DNA of 64,000 nt, from IMG/VR virus record IMGVR_UViG_3300022602_000028; one strand, written 5' to 3'. Made by a program: the position numbers and the translations under genes. Position 1 is the stretch's first letter; every line of letters begins with the position of its first letter. Shown one piece after another: positions 20,922 to 30,868 of the stretch. The notes below the pieces were generated by a model. That model saw nothing but the letters and a program-made list of their open reading frames with translations, did not search any database and had not been told where the DNA came from. Source of the DNA: a virus.

Positions 20922-21365
20922 TTATTGCACTACTAGATTATTAGCTTGATCAAATGACAGTTGCATTGTTTGTTGTAGGTTGTAGGGCACAAAAAGCAAG
21001 GTTAGTTGTACTTGAATTCCTGTATCATAGGCAGTTACCGTGACATTTTCAGATTTGACACGAGGGTCATAATTAACTATTGTATTAACATTTTGTAGTA
21101 TAACGCCCTTAACTTGCTCGGTAAGAGGCTCAAATAATAAATCCCATATTACACATCCAAAACTAGGATTCATAAGACGTTCACCCTGTCTTGTATAAAA
21201 ATGATTTAAAATATCTTGCTTAATTAATTCAAAATCATAAAGATTATAATTTTCAGTATTAGCACTTACTGTGCTAAACCCTTTGTACATTTTTGTCATA
21301 TTGCTAGTTAAAGTATTAACTGCTGGCAATACGATTTTATCATATAGGTTATTATTTGAAGTCAT
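20922..21365 (-). CDS. gp25: Baseplate wedge/sheath initiator, gp25/GPW-like
   Basis: LIKQDILNHFYTRQGERLMNPSFGCVIWDLLFEP...IVNYDPRV motif; 147 aa; TAAGGA SD upstream. Confidence 0.9.
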   Translation of the reverse strand: MTSNNNLYDKIVLPAVNTLTSNMTKMYKGFSTVSANTENYNLYDFELIKQDILNHFYTRQGERLMNPSFGCVIWDLLFEPLTEQVKGVILQNVNTIVNYDPRVKSENVTVTAYDTGIQVQLTLLFVPYNLQQTMQLSFDQANNLVVQ

Positions 21366-21374
21366 ACATATTCC

Positions 21375-21551
21375 TTAGGCCGTTGTCTGCCATGCTTGTG
21401 TATCATCTGTTTGTTGTTCTTCTGGGCTTGCTGGAGGAGGTGGTCTATCAAACGTATCCATAGACGTTGAGTAGGCTTTCCAATATTGTGTAGGAACTTC
21501 GATTGCAGTTCCGATTACTGGATCTATACTAGGAGTTAAAGTGTCTGCCAT
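21375..21551 (-). CDS. Small hypothetical protein (58 aa)
   Basis: Below the ORF-track cutoff. MADTLTPSIDPVIGTAIEVPTQYWKAYSTSMDTFDRPPPPASPEEQQTDDTQAWQTTA; starts 1 nt after the upstream stop (TAA-T-ATG), and its stop overlaps the gp25 SD. It fills the gap exactly. Confidence 0.65.
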   Translation of the reverse strand: MADTLTPSIDPVIGTAIEVPTQYWKAYSTSMDTFDRPPPPASPEEQQTDDTQAWQTTA

Positions 21552-21552
21552 A

Positions 21553-21819
21553 TTATCTCTTTATAGGTCCCGGCAATACTCCGCTGGACAACCCTGCTCC
21601 ACTAATCTTACTAGCGGCCGATGTAACGGATCCGGCAATTTTAGTTGCTCCGGCGACTGCTCCAGAAACTTGCGAAGTAATACCACCTGTAGCGGCAGCT
21701 AGTTGCTTTGAAATTAACGATTTGGCTGCATCAATACTGATTCCATTACCGATGTGAGCAACGCTGGCAAGTTTTTTTAGATCACTAAGATCTGCACTAA
21801 CTCTGGAAAATATACTCAT
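21553..21819 (-). CDS. Small Ala/Gly/Ser-rich hypothetical protein (88 aa)
   Basis: The track ORF 21553-21855 most likely starts at ATG 21819 (MSIFSRVSADL...), 1 nt after the spike gene stop (TAA-A-ATG), giving the tight coupling seen elsewhere in the operon. Confidence 0.6.
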   Translation of the reverse strand: MSIFSRVSADLSDLKKLASVAHIGNGISIDAAKSLISKQLAAATGGITSQVSGAVAGATKIAGSVTSAASKISGAGLSSGVLPGPIKR

Positions 21820-21820
21820 T

Positions 21821-23590
21821 TTATGATCCTGAATTAACTTGTGATTGTGCCGCACTATTTGCGGCTGCGATATCTGTCTTGCTAGTTTTAAATAGCGTAG
21901 GATTTAAATTTTCATGATGCGGATAAGGTTCTGTCGTAGGTACACGCAACATAATACTATTAAGAGTAGTTCCGTCTGTTTCAGTTGGATTAGGATATAC
22001 TGCTAAAGCAACTGGTAAAGTAGCTTTAGATGTTTTAGTTGCTTCTGTGGCTTTGTCAGCAGACGCGGCGCTACCACTATTTAAATTAATATTACCACCA
22101 TTAATATTAGTGCCAGAGCTTGATATTTCTGTGCTTCCTCCTGCCGTAAATAATTGTTGACCACCACTATTAAAATTACTTTTTCCGCCTGCTGTCAAAT
22201 TATTACCGCCAGTAGTATTAATATTAAGATCTTTAGCAGTAGTAATAGCTGTACCACCGGCAGTATTAATATTAATATCATTAGCCACTGTGATTCCTAA
22301 AGCACCATTTAGCAATTGATTATAGTCGCCTTGAATAGATAAATTTGTTGCTCCAATAATAGTTTCGTCATGTGTGCCTTTAACACTAATTGTTCTATTA
22401 CCAGTTACAATTATTGTTTTATTGCCTACAACTTCTAACTGATGATCTCCGCCAGCTTTAATATTAATATTTCTCACAGCTTCTAAATTAATATCTCTTC
22501 CTGCTAAAAAATTAAAGTCAGCATCTGTATGCATGCTAATACTGTCTTGAGCATACACATCTATTTTGCCATCACTTGTCATTTCTATCCAACTAGTGCC
22601 CCTACTATTAGTAATATAAATTAGATCTTCACTAGTATGAAATAGTATTTGAGCACCAGTACGAGTTCGTAGCCTGATTAATTCATTATGCGGACGAAGT
22701 GGATCGCCATCTGTTTCTCCGTTTTCAACACTAGCATATTCTGGAGGACCGCTACTAGCATCAGTTTTGCGCAAATATTTGTTATGCCCATCATCCATAA
22801 TAAATGTTTGGCCACCGAGGCGACTAACTGGTGCATTAGGCACATTAGCTTCTTTTGTTCCAACTAATCCTGTTTGTCCGTCCCTGTCAATTGGGCCCGG
22901 AGTGCTTATTCCGAATACAGTACTAGGCACTTCTCGTCTAGCACTACTAGTTGTAATTCCTCGAATGTCATCTAACAACAGTCCTTGATTGTCTAAAAAT
23001 AATGCTAAAGGGTGTATTGGTTTATTAAATCTAGTAGGATCTTGCGGACCAGCATTGTCAGAAGATCTTTTATTATATTCTGTCACAGGAACTCTTAAAT
23101 CTTTACCTTGACTATCTGTTGTTACAGAAAGTGTTGCATCGTCTGTTATAGCAAACTTGGTGGCAGCAATACCAGGAGTCATAAAATTCATATAACTATC
23201 GTCTTTAGGAACACAGCCTATCCAATAGCCTTTAGCTGGATTATTAGCTAAGAATATAACCAACACCGTTGAGCCTGGATCAGGTGGAACCATCCACATA
23301 CCATAGCTTTTTTGTGTGCCGTCGTAATTACCGGGATTTCCAGAATCATCGGTAGTTTGACCGTATCCAGTTACACCCCAAAAAGGACTCATATAGTCCA
23401 CAATTCTTGTTTGTGTACTAGAATTATTATTACCTGAACCTTGACGTTGAATCAATACATTAAGTCTGCCTAAATATTTGCCATCTTGATGACCAATAAC
23501 TGTTGCTAAAAATGGGCCGACGGGTGTATCTGGATAATTTGTACTACTGTACATATTATCATTTGGCGCGGTATAGTTATTTCCTCCCAT
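21821..23590 (-). CDS. gp5: Baseplate central spike, gp5/VgrG-like (OB-fold plus beta-helix, no lysozyme domain)
   Basis: OB-fold motifs (GRLNVLI, YMSPFWG, SYGMWMVPPDPGSTVLVIF...GYWIGC); IRLRTRTGAQILFH...IYI....G.SWIEMTSDGKIDVYA; repeated beta-helix strands; C-terminal RVPTTEPYPHHEN. Confidence 0.8.
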   Translation of the reverse strand: MGGNNYTAPNDNMYSSTNYPDTPVGPFLATVIGHQDGKYLGRLNVLIQRQGSGNNNSSTQTRIVDYMSPFWGVTGYGQTTDDSGNPGNYDGTQKSYGMWMVPPDPGSTVLVIFLANNPAKGYWIGCVPKDDSYMNFMTPGIAATKFAITDDATLSVTTDSQGKDLRVPVTEYNKRSSDNAGPQDPTRFNKPIHPLALFLDNQGLLLDDIRGITTSSARREVPSTVFGISTPGPIDRDGQTGLVGTKEANVPNAPVSRLGGQTFIMDDGHNKYLRKTDASSGPPEYASVENGETDGDPLRPHNELIRLRTRTGAQILFHTSEDLIYITNSRGTSWIEMTSDGKIDVYAQDSISMHTDADFNFLAGRDINLEAVRNINIKAGGDHQLEVVGNKTIIVTGNRTISVKGTHDETIIGATNLSIQGDYNQLLNGALGITVANDININTAGGTAITTAKDLNINTTGGNNLTAGGKSNFNSGGQQLFTAGGSTEISSSGTNINGGNINLNSGSAASADKATEATKTSKATLPVALAVYPNPTETDGTTLNSIMLRVPTTEPYPHHENLNPTLFKTSKTDIAAANSAAQSQVNSGS

Positions 23591-23604
23591 TGTATTCCTT
23601 TATG

Positions 23605-25872
23605 TTAATTACTTGAAGATTCTTCTTCAGACCCTGACGGATTGCCTTTATCTACTACAGGGTTAGTATTAAGATACTGAGCTGTTTCGACTGCCGAAGC
23701 AATCGCACTTCCAGGATTTTCTTGATCAGATCTTCTTAATGCTGAAATTATTTGTGTAAATTTTCCTTCAGACATACGATTCTCAACTTTTGTAATACAA
23801 TACAATCCACTAAATCTAGTAAGTGGAGCTGATTGACTATTTGCTCCAAAATTATACATTCCAGTGGTTTGATTAATATCTATAGGAGTTCTGAAATTAA
23901 CAACAATATCTACTTCTCCATTTTCATAATTCATAGTACCATCGGCATTTAAATTTACATATTGACTAGCCGACGACGTATAATTACCAGTTCCGCTGTG
24001 TGCAATATAATAAGGATCTCCCATAATTTCCATTTGGATATTATATACATCATATTCCATGGCCATTGCATCCACAAAAGCCTTGGCAGCTCTAGTTGCT
24101 GGTCGTTCTGTTCCTCCGCCACCGTGGCCATCCGACTTAAATAAACTACCGATATAACCTACAAAGCTACCAGTTCCTTGTTTGTTTACAGAATTTGATC
24201 CTAATCCAAGGTTAAGTGGTTTAGTAGAACTACCTTCACTACCACTAGCTTGCCTTTCATTAGTTTTACTATCCGAATTTTCTGTTCCAGCATCAGCTGG
24301 CATAATTTGAAAAAATGATTTGTTTACATCAATATTCAGACTTAAGATGTCATCATTTTTACCAGTATAGATATAATTATATTGCTTTGGAGCTTGCTGA
24401 CTTAGTAAGTTAAATCCTGGTATTGCTTGACTCTGTGCTTTTAATCTGCTGGCATGCACTTTATAAGGCGTTACTTTATAAACATATAATCTAGGAATAT
24501 CACCAGTAACTGAATCGGCTTTAGTTCCTAAAGGAAATACCCAAGGTCGTATACTCCACATGTTTCTATATCCTTCTGGACTTATAGAAGATGCATCTAG
24601 AGATGCCTTAGGGTAATCACTTTGCAAAATAACTTGTTTAATAGCATTAACAATATTAGTTTTTTGATCGAATTTAAAATTTGCCTTAGTTGGATCTCGA
24701 GTCAAAGCACCACCAAAGAAAGTTTTACTAGCATTATCATAAACTTGATCATCTCTTCCCATAGGAATATCACCTTCCCTGGTAGTATCAAATCCCATAG
24801 GAGCTGAACCTATTTCATTTAAATCACTAACTTGCTGAGCAAGGTCATTAGTAATAGTATTAGTTTGTAATTGAAATTTAGTTTTAATTGCATCAGATGT
24901 ACTGCCGCTGGCACTTGGATCTATTGTCGCTTGTATAACTGTTTCTAAAAGTGATCCACCTGCTCCAATTGAGCTTCCTGAGGCGCTACTAGGATCATTA
25001 GGAAAATATATCAAATATTGATTAGGTTTTTCTTGTAAGCCTTTGTCTACTTTTTCTTGTTCAAATTTATTAAGAGCAACTTGTAAACTAAATTCCCCTG
25101 ACTGCAATATTTCTCCAACAGTTGCTCCATCTGATGAAATATCAGTGTTAAACATTGCCGCGGCATCTGATAGCGCCATCATATTAGATGGCATACCTGA
25201 AATCGTATAAACACTCCCTCGGCCATCAACTTGCATTGACATATCTCTAATTTCAAAAGGAATATATCTTTTTGTATTAGGAATAGGAACCATTGTACCG
25301 TCTTCTTTGGTTCCCCTAAATTCAATAGCTATTAACCATATTGCAGATCTCCATGTATCATAACCTAGTTGATCAGCCGCGGACTGCAAGGATTCAAAAA
25401 ACATTCCCATGCTGTAGGGTTCAAAAATTGTAAAATCTAATTTATAATTTCCTGTTAAATTTACATCTACCTGAGTAGCAACATCAAATGCCAAGTCTTG
25501 AAAGAAGAAATCAAATTTTCCATATGCAGTATTAATACGATTAGTAGGATCTGCATTGGCACTTTTACATATTAGTGTCAATGGTGCTCCAGCCATGTAA
25601 GTCTTATCAGGATTTGTTACTTCGTTATTACTTAAACATGCTAAACTTAATATGTAATCGTATGATGCATACGCATGTAAGGGGTTTTTAATAGGTAAAT
25701 TTACGCCAGATAGAGTTTGAAAGAATTTTCCAAGACTACTAAATGCACCTGTTACACTATCTAAAAATCCAGAAAAACTTGAAGCCGAACTTGCATTAGA
25801 AACTGCATTGTTTACAGTATTACCTAAATTAGTAGCTGAGTCGATTAAACCTGGAATGCCATCTAAACTCAT
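23605..25872 (-). CDS. Baseplate hub protein (gp27/P2 gpD-like)
   Basis: Lies between the spike and LysM-like genes; C-terminal MEIMGDPYYI...VNFRTPID...FSGLYCITKVENRMSEGKFTQ resembles the hub C-terminus of contractile systems. Confidence 0.65.
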   Translation of the reverse strand: MSLDGIPGLIDSATNLGNTVNNAVSNASSASSFSGFLDSVTGAFSSLGKFFQTLSGVNLPIKNPLHAYASYDYILSLACLSNNEVTNPDKTYMAGAPLTLICKSANADPTNRINTAYGKFDFFFQDLAFDVATQVDVNLTGNYKLDFTIFEPYSMGMFFESLQSAADQLGYDTWRSAIWLIAIEFRGTKEDGTMVPIPNTKRYIPFEIRDMSMQVDGRGSVYTISGMPSNMMALSDAAAMFNTDISSDGATVGEILQSGEFSLQVALNKFEQEKVDKGLQEKPNQYLIYFPNDPSSASGSSIGAGGSLLETVIQATIDPSASGSTSDAIKTKFQLQTNTITNDLAQQVSDLNEIGSAPMGFDTTREGDIPMGRDDQVYDNASKTFFGGALTRDPTKANFKFDQKTNIVNAIKQVILQSDYPKASLDASSISPEGYRNMWSIRPWVFPLGTKADSVTGDIPRLYVYKVTPYKVHASRLKAQSQAIPGFNLLSQQAPKQYNYIYTGKNDDILSLNIDVNKSFFQIMPADAGTENSDSKTNERQASGSEGSSTKPLNLGLGSNSVNKQGTGSFVGYIGSLFKSDGHGGGGTERPATRAAKAFVDAMAMEYDVYNIQMEIMGDPYYIAHSGTGNYTSSASQYVNLNADGTMNYENGEVDIVVNFRTPIDINQTTGMYNFGANSQSAPLTRFSGLYCITKVENRMSEGKFTQIISALRRSDQENPGSAIASAVETAQYLNTNPVVDKGNPSGSEEESSSN

Positions 25873-25873
25873 A

Positions 25874-26176
25874 TTATAGTCCTAATACAGATGTAAGGCC
25901 GCTACCTTTAGGAATATAAATTTGTACTCCAGGTACAAAATCAAAAATAGGATCTTGCAATACATCAAGATTGCGCTGTATAAAGACCCACCACAATGTT
26001 GCTTGTCCATACAGATCATATGCTAATAAATCTGGTCGGAAAGTATACTGACTTTCAATTGTATAAAGAAAATCATCAGCTTGTGCGGCTACCGGACGTA
26101 TAGTTAATACATCTAAATAATTTTGTGTTATAGGTGTGTTAAACCAAGGACTGGTGTTTGTGTAAGTAGCTGCCAT
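25874..26176 (-). CDS. gp53: Baseplate wedge protein gp53-like (LysM/tail X fold)
   Basis: RPDLLAYDLYGQATLWWVF...N...DPIFDF.PG.QIYIP motif; 100 aa. Confidence 0.8.
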   Translation of the reverse strand: MAATYTNTSPWFNTPITQNYLDVLTIRPVAAQADDFLYTIESQYTFRPDLLAYDLYGQATLWWVFIQRNLDVLQDPIFDFVPGVQIYIPKGSGLTSVLGL

Positions 26177-26178
26177 AA

Positions 26179-27177
26179 TTAAATGTACCCAAAACTGTTA
26201 TTAAGATAGCCACCTTGAACAAATCTATCAAGGCTGAAATTACGAGCACTGTTTCTACTATATATCGGTTGCAAGGTAACTGAGAAGGTAGTCTTGGTTG
26301 GTACATGTGTAACTCCGCCGCTAGTTGTTCCTCCAAGACCAAACGTACCAGCTAACGCAGATACTTGGCCAACTCCGCTGGCAATAGTGCTAATGCCGCT
26401 GAAAATTCCGCTTGCTGTACTGCCTGCATCAAATAATCCTCCTACACTGCTTGCTAAACCAGAGATCCCATCTGCTGTTCCTTCTACTGCTCCGGCAGCA
26501 CTACCGACAACGTTAACACCAATGTAATCGCAATTATTATCTAACTCTACATTCATGCTAGTTACAACAACTGGAATATTTTTAAAAACATAATTTCCGT
26601 AACCATTTAAGAATACAATAGGAGGAGGATTACCGGCTTTTGGATCAGTTCCTGCAAACATTTTAGTCAGGCTTCTTAAATAATGTACCATAGCGATCCA
26701 GTATAATCCTTGTGTAGTATCTTCTACAAACATAGGTGCATTGATAACAATTTTACCTGGTTCACTATTTCTATACGCATGAAATTGATAGTTAGAATGT
26801 ACTGGAGAAACTGGTGTATAACTGGCAGCTCCGTGTATGTTAATTTTTGGAGTATATGGAAATATTAAACCGCCTGCATCAGTTAATGGTTTCAATACTG
26901 CGCTAGTGCTAAAACTGGGCCAAGTAGACATGCTTAATCTCACACGCCAATCGTTTGGATGCGGATCGCCTTTAAAAGCGGCTATGGATTGTAGTGTATC
27001 GCCTATTGCTTCGCCTGCCGATGGTAAATTGACAGCACGAATTGCGCTTGCAATATCGCCAGAAGCAAGCCCGGCGGCAACCGCACCGCCTATGTTGCTG
27101 AGAGTGTTGAATCCAGACGATCCAGCATCTATAATATTTGAAGCGCCTGCAAGTTGTGTAGGATCGAATAGTCCCAT
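26179..27177 (-). CDS. Tail tube initiator/cap-like protein (gp48/gp54 or CIS tube-fold)
   Basis: GLIFPYTPKI...Y......HSNY.FHAY.NS...I.I.APMFVE...YLRSLTKM...GNPPPIVFLNGYG...FKN.PVVVTS motif; first gene of the baseplate operon. Confidence 0.65.
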   Translation of the reverse strand: MGLFDPTQLAGASNIIDAGSSGFNTLSNIGGAVAAGLASGDIASAIRAVNLPSAGEAIGDTLQSIAAFKGDPHPNDWRVRLSMSTWPSFSTSAVLKPLTDAGGLIFPYTPKINIHGAASYTPVSPVHSNYQFHAYRNSEPGKIVINAPMFVEDTTQGLYWIAMVHYLRSLTKMFAGTDPKAGNPPPIVFLNGYGNYVFKNIPVVVTSMNVELDNNCDYIGVNVVGSAAGAVEGTADGISGLASSVGGLFDAGSTASGIFSGISTIASGVGQVSALAGTFGLGGTTSGGVTHVPTKTTFSVTLQPIYSRNSARNFSLDRFVQGGYLNNSFGYI

Positions 27178-27198
27178 AATAAAGTCCTTTTGGTATAT

Positions 27199-27204
27199 TA
27201 TTTA
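27199..27204 (-). promoter_or_regulatory. Putative late promoter core (TAAATA) driving the baseplate operon
   Basis: AATAAATAAT on the minus strand, 22 nt upstream of ATG 27177, followed by an AAAGGA SD. Confidence 0.6.
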
Positions 27205-27205
27205 T

Positions 27206-27234
27206 TTGACTTTATTAAGTGCATACTTTATAAT
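27206..27234 (+). promoter_or_regulatory. Host sigma70-type (early) promoter for the gp55-gp47-gp46 module
   Basis: TTGACT (27206-27211), 17-nt spacer, TATAAT (27229-27234); GGAG SD before ATG 27257. Confidence 0.85.
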
Positions 27235-27256
27235 GTAACATCCGGAGAATTAATTA

Positions 27257-28084
27257 ATGACAGCTAAAGTTAACTACCTAAATAACAAGGATATGTTATT
27301 AGAAATACACAGAAGTAAAACATCATATTGTAGTTTCACTGCTCCCCAATATCATCAATATGATATAATTTTACCCAGTTTGGACAAGATTAATATTAGA
27401 AGCATAGCAGATGCTAAACGAGCAAAAGCCAAAAGATTAAGTCAGCTAGATTACGAAACCCGTAAAAAAGCAGGAGAAAAAGTCAAACAAGCAGACTGCG
27501 AAATTGATTATAAGAAAATAGCCAAGACTGATGTGGTATTCAGAATTATGAGTTTTGATCACATTCCGTTAAACAGTACAAGAAAAAAGAATCCTAAAAG
27601 TCTTGCCGATCATAGAGATAAGGTAAATTTTCCACCGTTCCAACATTGGAAATATAATGAAGCCAATGAACTGGTATGCGTGGGCAAAAGTCATTGGAAA
27701 GGTGATTTAGAGAAAGGTCATTTTGATAAAGATGCGGGCCAAATTACTCCAACTCTAGCACGAATGATGTTAAAATTATGTGAGCGTTATGCTACTCGCG
27801 GTAACGTTCGTGGCTATACATATAACGACGAAATGAAAGGTCAGGCTATTTTGCAACTAACACAAATTGGACTACAATTTGACGAATCAAAGAGTGACAA
27901 TCCGTTTGCTTACTTTACTGCGGCTGTGACTAATAGTTTTGTTCGTGTTATTAATATTGAAAAACGTAATCAAAACATCCGCGATGACATTTTAGAAATC
28001 AACGGTATGAACCCAAGTTATAGTCGAACAGGCGCCGGAGAACATGCGGCAGCACTAAAACGAAATGAGGAAGCTAGTGAGTAA
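27257..28084 (+). CDS. gp55: Late-transcription sigma factor, T4 gp55-like
   Basis: N-terminal NYLNNKDML and C-terminal RGYTYNDEMKGQAILQL...FDESKSDNPFAYFT...NSFVR.I..EK match gp55; directly upstream of gp47/gp46 as in T4-like phages. Confidence 0.88.
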   Translation: MTAKVNYLNNKDMLLEIHRSKTSYCSFTAPQYHQYDIILPSLDKINIRSIADAKRAKAKRLSQLDYETRKKAGEKVKQADCEIDYKKIAKTDVVFRIMSFDHIPLNSTRKKNPKSLADHRDKVNFPPFQHWKYNEANELVCVGKSHWKGDLEKGHFDKDAGQITPTLARMMLKLCERYATRGNVRGYTYNDEMKGQAILQLTQIGLQFDESKSDNPFAYFTAAVTNSFVRVINIEKRNQNIRDDILEINGMNPSYSRTGAGEHAAALKRNEEASE

Positions 28085-29090
28085 TTTATTTAAACGAGTA
28101 GCTTGTTTTACAGATATACACTTTGGATTAAAATCTAACAGCAGTGTTCACAACCAAGACTGCGAAGATTTTGTCGATTGGTACATTGCAAAAGCTAAGG
28201 AGGAAGGTTGTGATACAGGTATCTTTATGGGCGATTGGCATCATAATCGCAATAGCCTTAACATTACTACAATGGATTATAGCCTTAGGGCCTTGGAAAA
28301 GTTGGGGCAGGCGTTTGATAACTTCTATTTCTTTCCTGGCAATCATGATTTGTATTACAAAGACAAACGGGATATACACTCTGTGGAATTTGGAAAGTAT
28401 ATACCTGGTATCACTGTCGTACATGAGCCTACTACTATTGGAGATGTCACACTCTGCCCATGGCTTGTTGGCGAAGAATGGCGAAGTGTAGGTAAAAAAG
28501 GTGGCAAATATATATTTGGACACTTTGAATTACCCAGCTTTTTTATGAACGCTATGATACAAATGCCGGATCATGGTGAAATACAATTAGATGCTTTTAA
28601 AAATTATGAATTAGGTTTTAGTGGACATTTCCATAAACGTCAACAACAAAAAAATATGGTGTATATTGGCAATGCGTTTCCGCACAATTATGCAGATGCT
28701 TGGGACGACGAACGTGGAATGATGATATTAGAGTGGGGAGGGCAACCTGAATATCATAGCTGGCCAGATCAGCCTACATTCCGCACAGTTAAACTAAGTC
28801 AGTTAATTGACGAAGCAGATACTATTATTAAACCTAAACAGCATTTACGTGTTACATTAGATATCGACATTAGTTTTGAAGAAGCTAGTTTTGTTAAAGA
28901 AAAGTTTATTGCAGACTATAATATTCGAGAACTTACGCTAATTGCAGAAAAGAAAGATCTTGAAATTAACACAAGCATTGACATTCAAAGTTTTGAAAGT
29001 GTAGATCAGATTGTTAGTAGTCAAATTATAAACATCGAATCTGATCAGTTTGACAAAAATATATTGTTGGAAATTTATAACAGCTTATGA
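28077..29090 (+). CDS. gp47: Recombination endonuclease subunit, gp47 (Mre11/SbcD-like)
   Basis: Metallophosphoesterase motifs DIHFG, GDWHH, GNHD, GHFH. Probable start is GTG 28077 (GAGGAAG upstream); the track uses ATG 28065. Confidence 0.92.
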   Translation: MSNLFKRVACFTDIHFGLKSNSSVHNQDCEDFVDWYIAKAKEEGCDTGIFMGDWHHNRNSLNITTMDYSLRALEKLGQAFDNFYFFPGNHDLYYKDKRDIHSVEFGKYIPGITVVHEPTTIGDVTLCPWLVGEEWRSVGKKGGKYIFGHFELPSFFMNAMIQMPDHGEIQLDAFKNYELGFSGHFHKRQQQKNMVYIGNAFPHNYADAWDDERGMMILEWGGQPEYHSWPDQPTFRTVKLSQLIDEADTIIKPKQHLRVTLDIDISFEEASFVKEKFIADYNIRELTLIAEKKDLEINTSIDIQSFESVDQIVSSQIINIESDQFDKNILLEIYNSL

Positions 29091-30868
29091 GCATAAAATT
29101 AAAAGAATTAACAGTAAAAAACTTCATGAGTGTGGGTAATCAAACCCAAGCTGTAAATTTTGCCCAGGAAAACTTAACGCTTGTACTAGGTGAAAATTTA
29201 GATCAAGGCGGAGATGATAGTGGAAGCCGTAATGGTACGGGTAAGACTACTATTGTAAACGCACTCAGCTATGCACTATTCGGCAATGCCTTAACTAACA
29301 TTAAAAAAGATAATCTTATTAATAAGATTAACAATAAAAATATGTTGGTTACACTTGCGTTTGAAAAAGACGGCATGGACTATCGTATTGAACGTGGACG
29401 CAAACCTAACGTGCTACAGTTCTTTGTCAATGACCAAGCACAAGAAACTGAAGAAACAGATGATGCACAGGGCGATATGCGTGAAACGCAAAAGGACTTG
29501 GATGATTTATTAGGAATGAGTCCGGATATGTTTAAGCATATCGTTGCACTTAATACTTACACTGAGCCTTTCCTAAGTATGAAAGCTAATGATCAACGAG
29601 CTATTATTGAGCAGTTGTTGGGCATTACACTATTAAGTGAAAAAGCAGAAACTCTTAAAGAATTAGTAAGACAAACTAAAGATACTATTACACAAGAAAG
29701 TGCAGACATAGAAGCGGCAAAGAAATCTAATGAAAATATTCAAAAAAGTATTGATAATTTGTTGACAAAACAAAGTGCATGGCACAATCAGCATCAACAA
29801 GAATTAGAAAAAATAGGCCGTGCTATTATCGAACTTGAAAGTGTAGATATCGATGCAGAGCTTGCAAAGCATGCGGAGCTCAAAGTTTACGAAGAAGCTT
29901 CGCAGAAGCTAAAAAGCCTAAATAAGGAACGGGCTACGTTAGAAAGCGCGATAGCGCAAGCGGAGCGAAGCGTTACGAAGTATAACGCCGAGCTTATGAA
30001 GTTGGCGAATAAGCAGTGCCACGCTTGTGAACAAGAATTGCATGATCACAAACATGAAGAAATGACTCAGATGGCACAAGGGCACCTTGACGAAGCCCGA
30101 AAATATTTTGCCAAGGTAGAAAAAGATCTTCAAAAAATTACTCACGATATTACAGAGTTAGGTGAAATCACAGGTCGTCCTGACACTTACTATGATACGT
30201 TAGAACAAGCACTCAAGCATCAGAATAATCTTAAAAACTTAGAAACTCAGCTGACTATTAAGGCCGGGGAAACTGATCACTATCAAGAACAAATTGACGA
30301 GTTGACTGATACTGCCTTACAAGAAATCTTGTGGGATAAAATCAATCAACTTAACAGTTTAAAAGAACATCAAGAGTTTTTACTTAAACTGTTAACGTCA
30401 AAAGACTCGTTTATTCGCAAGAAGATCATTGATCAAAATCTAGCTTATCTTAACAACAGACTTACTTACTATCTAGACAAGTTGGGCTTGCCACATACTG
30501 TTACATTCCAAAACGATCTGTCAGTGTTGATTACACAACTGGGTCAAGACTTGGATTTTGACAACTTGTCGCGTGGTGAACGCAACAGACTTATTTTAGG
30601 TCTGAGCTTTAGTTTCCGTGATGTATGGGAAAGTCTATATCAAGGTATTAATTTACTGTTTGTAGACGAGTTAATCGACAACGGACTAGATGCTTCGGGC
30701 GTAGAAGGTGCACTGGGCGTACTTAAAAAGATGGCCCGTGAACGTAAGAAAAACATTTTCCTAATCAGTCACAAGGACGAACTAATTGGCCGTGTGAATA
30801 ACGTGCTTAAAGTTGTTAAAGAAAATGGCTATACCAGCTATGCTACAGATTTAGAAGTTACTGAATAA
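29087..30868 (+). CDS. gp46: Recombination exonuclease ATPase subunit, gp46 (Rad50/SbcC-like)
   Basis: Walker A NGTGKTT, coiled coil with CHAC zinc hook, signature LSRGE, Walker B/D-loop LFVDELIDNGLD, H-loop ISH; ATGA overlap with gp47. Confidence 0.93.
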   Translation: MSIKLKELTVKNFMSVGNQTQAVNFAQENLTLVLGENLDQGGDDSGSRNGTGKTTIVNALSYALFGNALTNIKKDNLINKINNKNMLVTLAFEKDGMDYRIERGRKPNVLQFFVNDQAQETEETDDAQGDMRETQKDLDDLLGMSPDMFKHIVALNTYTEPFLSMKANDQRAIIEQLLGITLLSEKAETLKELVRQTKDTITQESADIEAAKKSNENIQKSIDNLLTKQSAWHNQHQQELEKIGRAIIELESVDIDAELAKHAELKVYEEASQKLKSLNKERATLESAIAQAERSVTKYNAELMKLANKQCHACEQELHDHKHEEMTQMAQGHLDEARKYFAKVEKDLQKITHDITELGEITGRPDTYYDTLEQALKHQNNLKNLETQLTIKAGETDHYQEQIDELTDTALQEILWDKINQLNSLKEHQEFLLKLLTSKDSFIRKKIIDQNLAYLNNRLTYYLDKLGLPHTVTFQNDLSVLITQLGQDLDFDNLSRGERNRLILGLSFSFRDVWESLYQGINLLFVDELIDNGLDASGVEGALGVLKKMARERKKNIFLISHKDELIGRVNNVLKVVKENGYTSYATDLEVTE

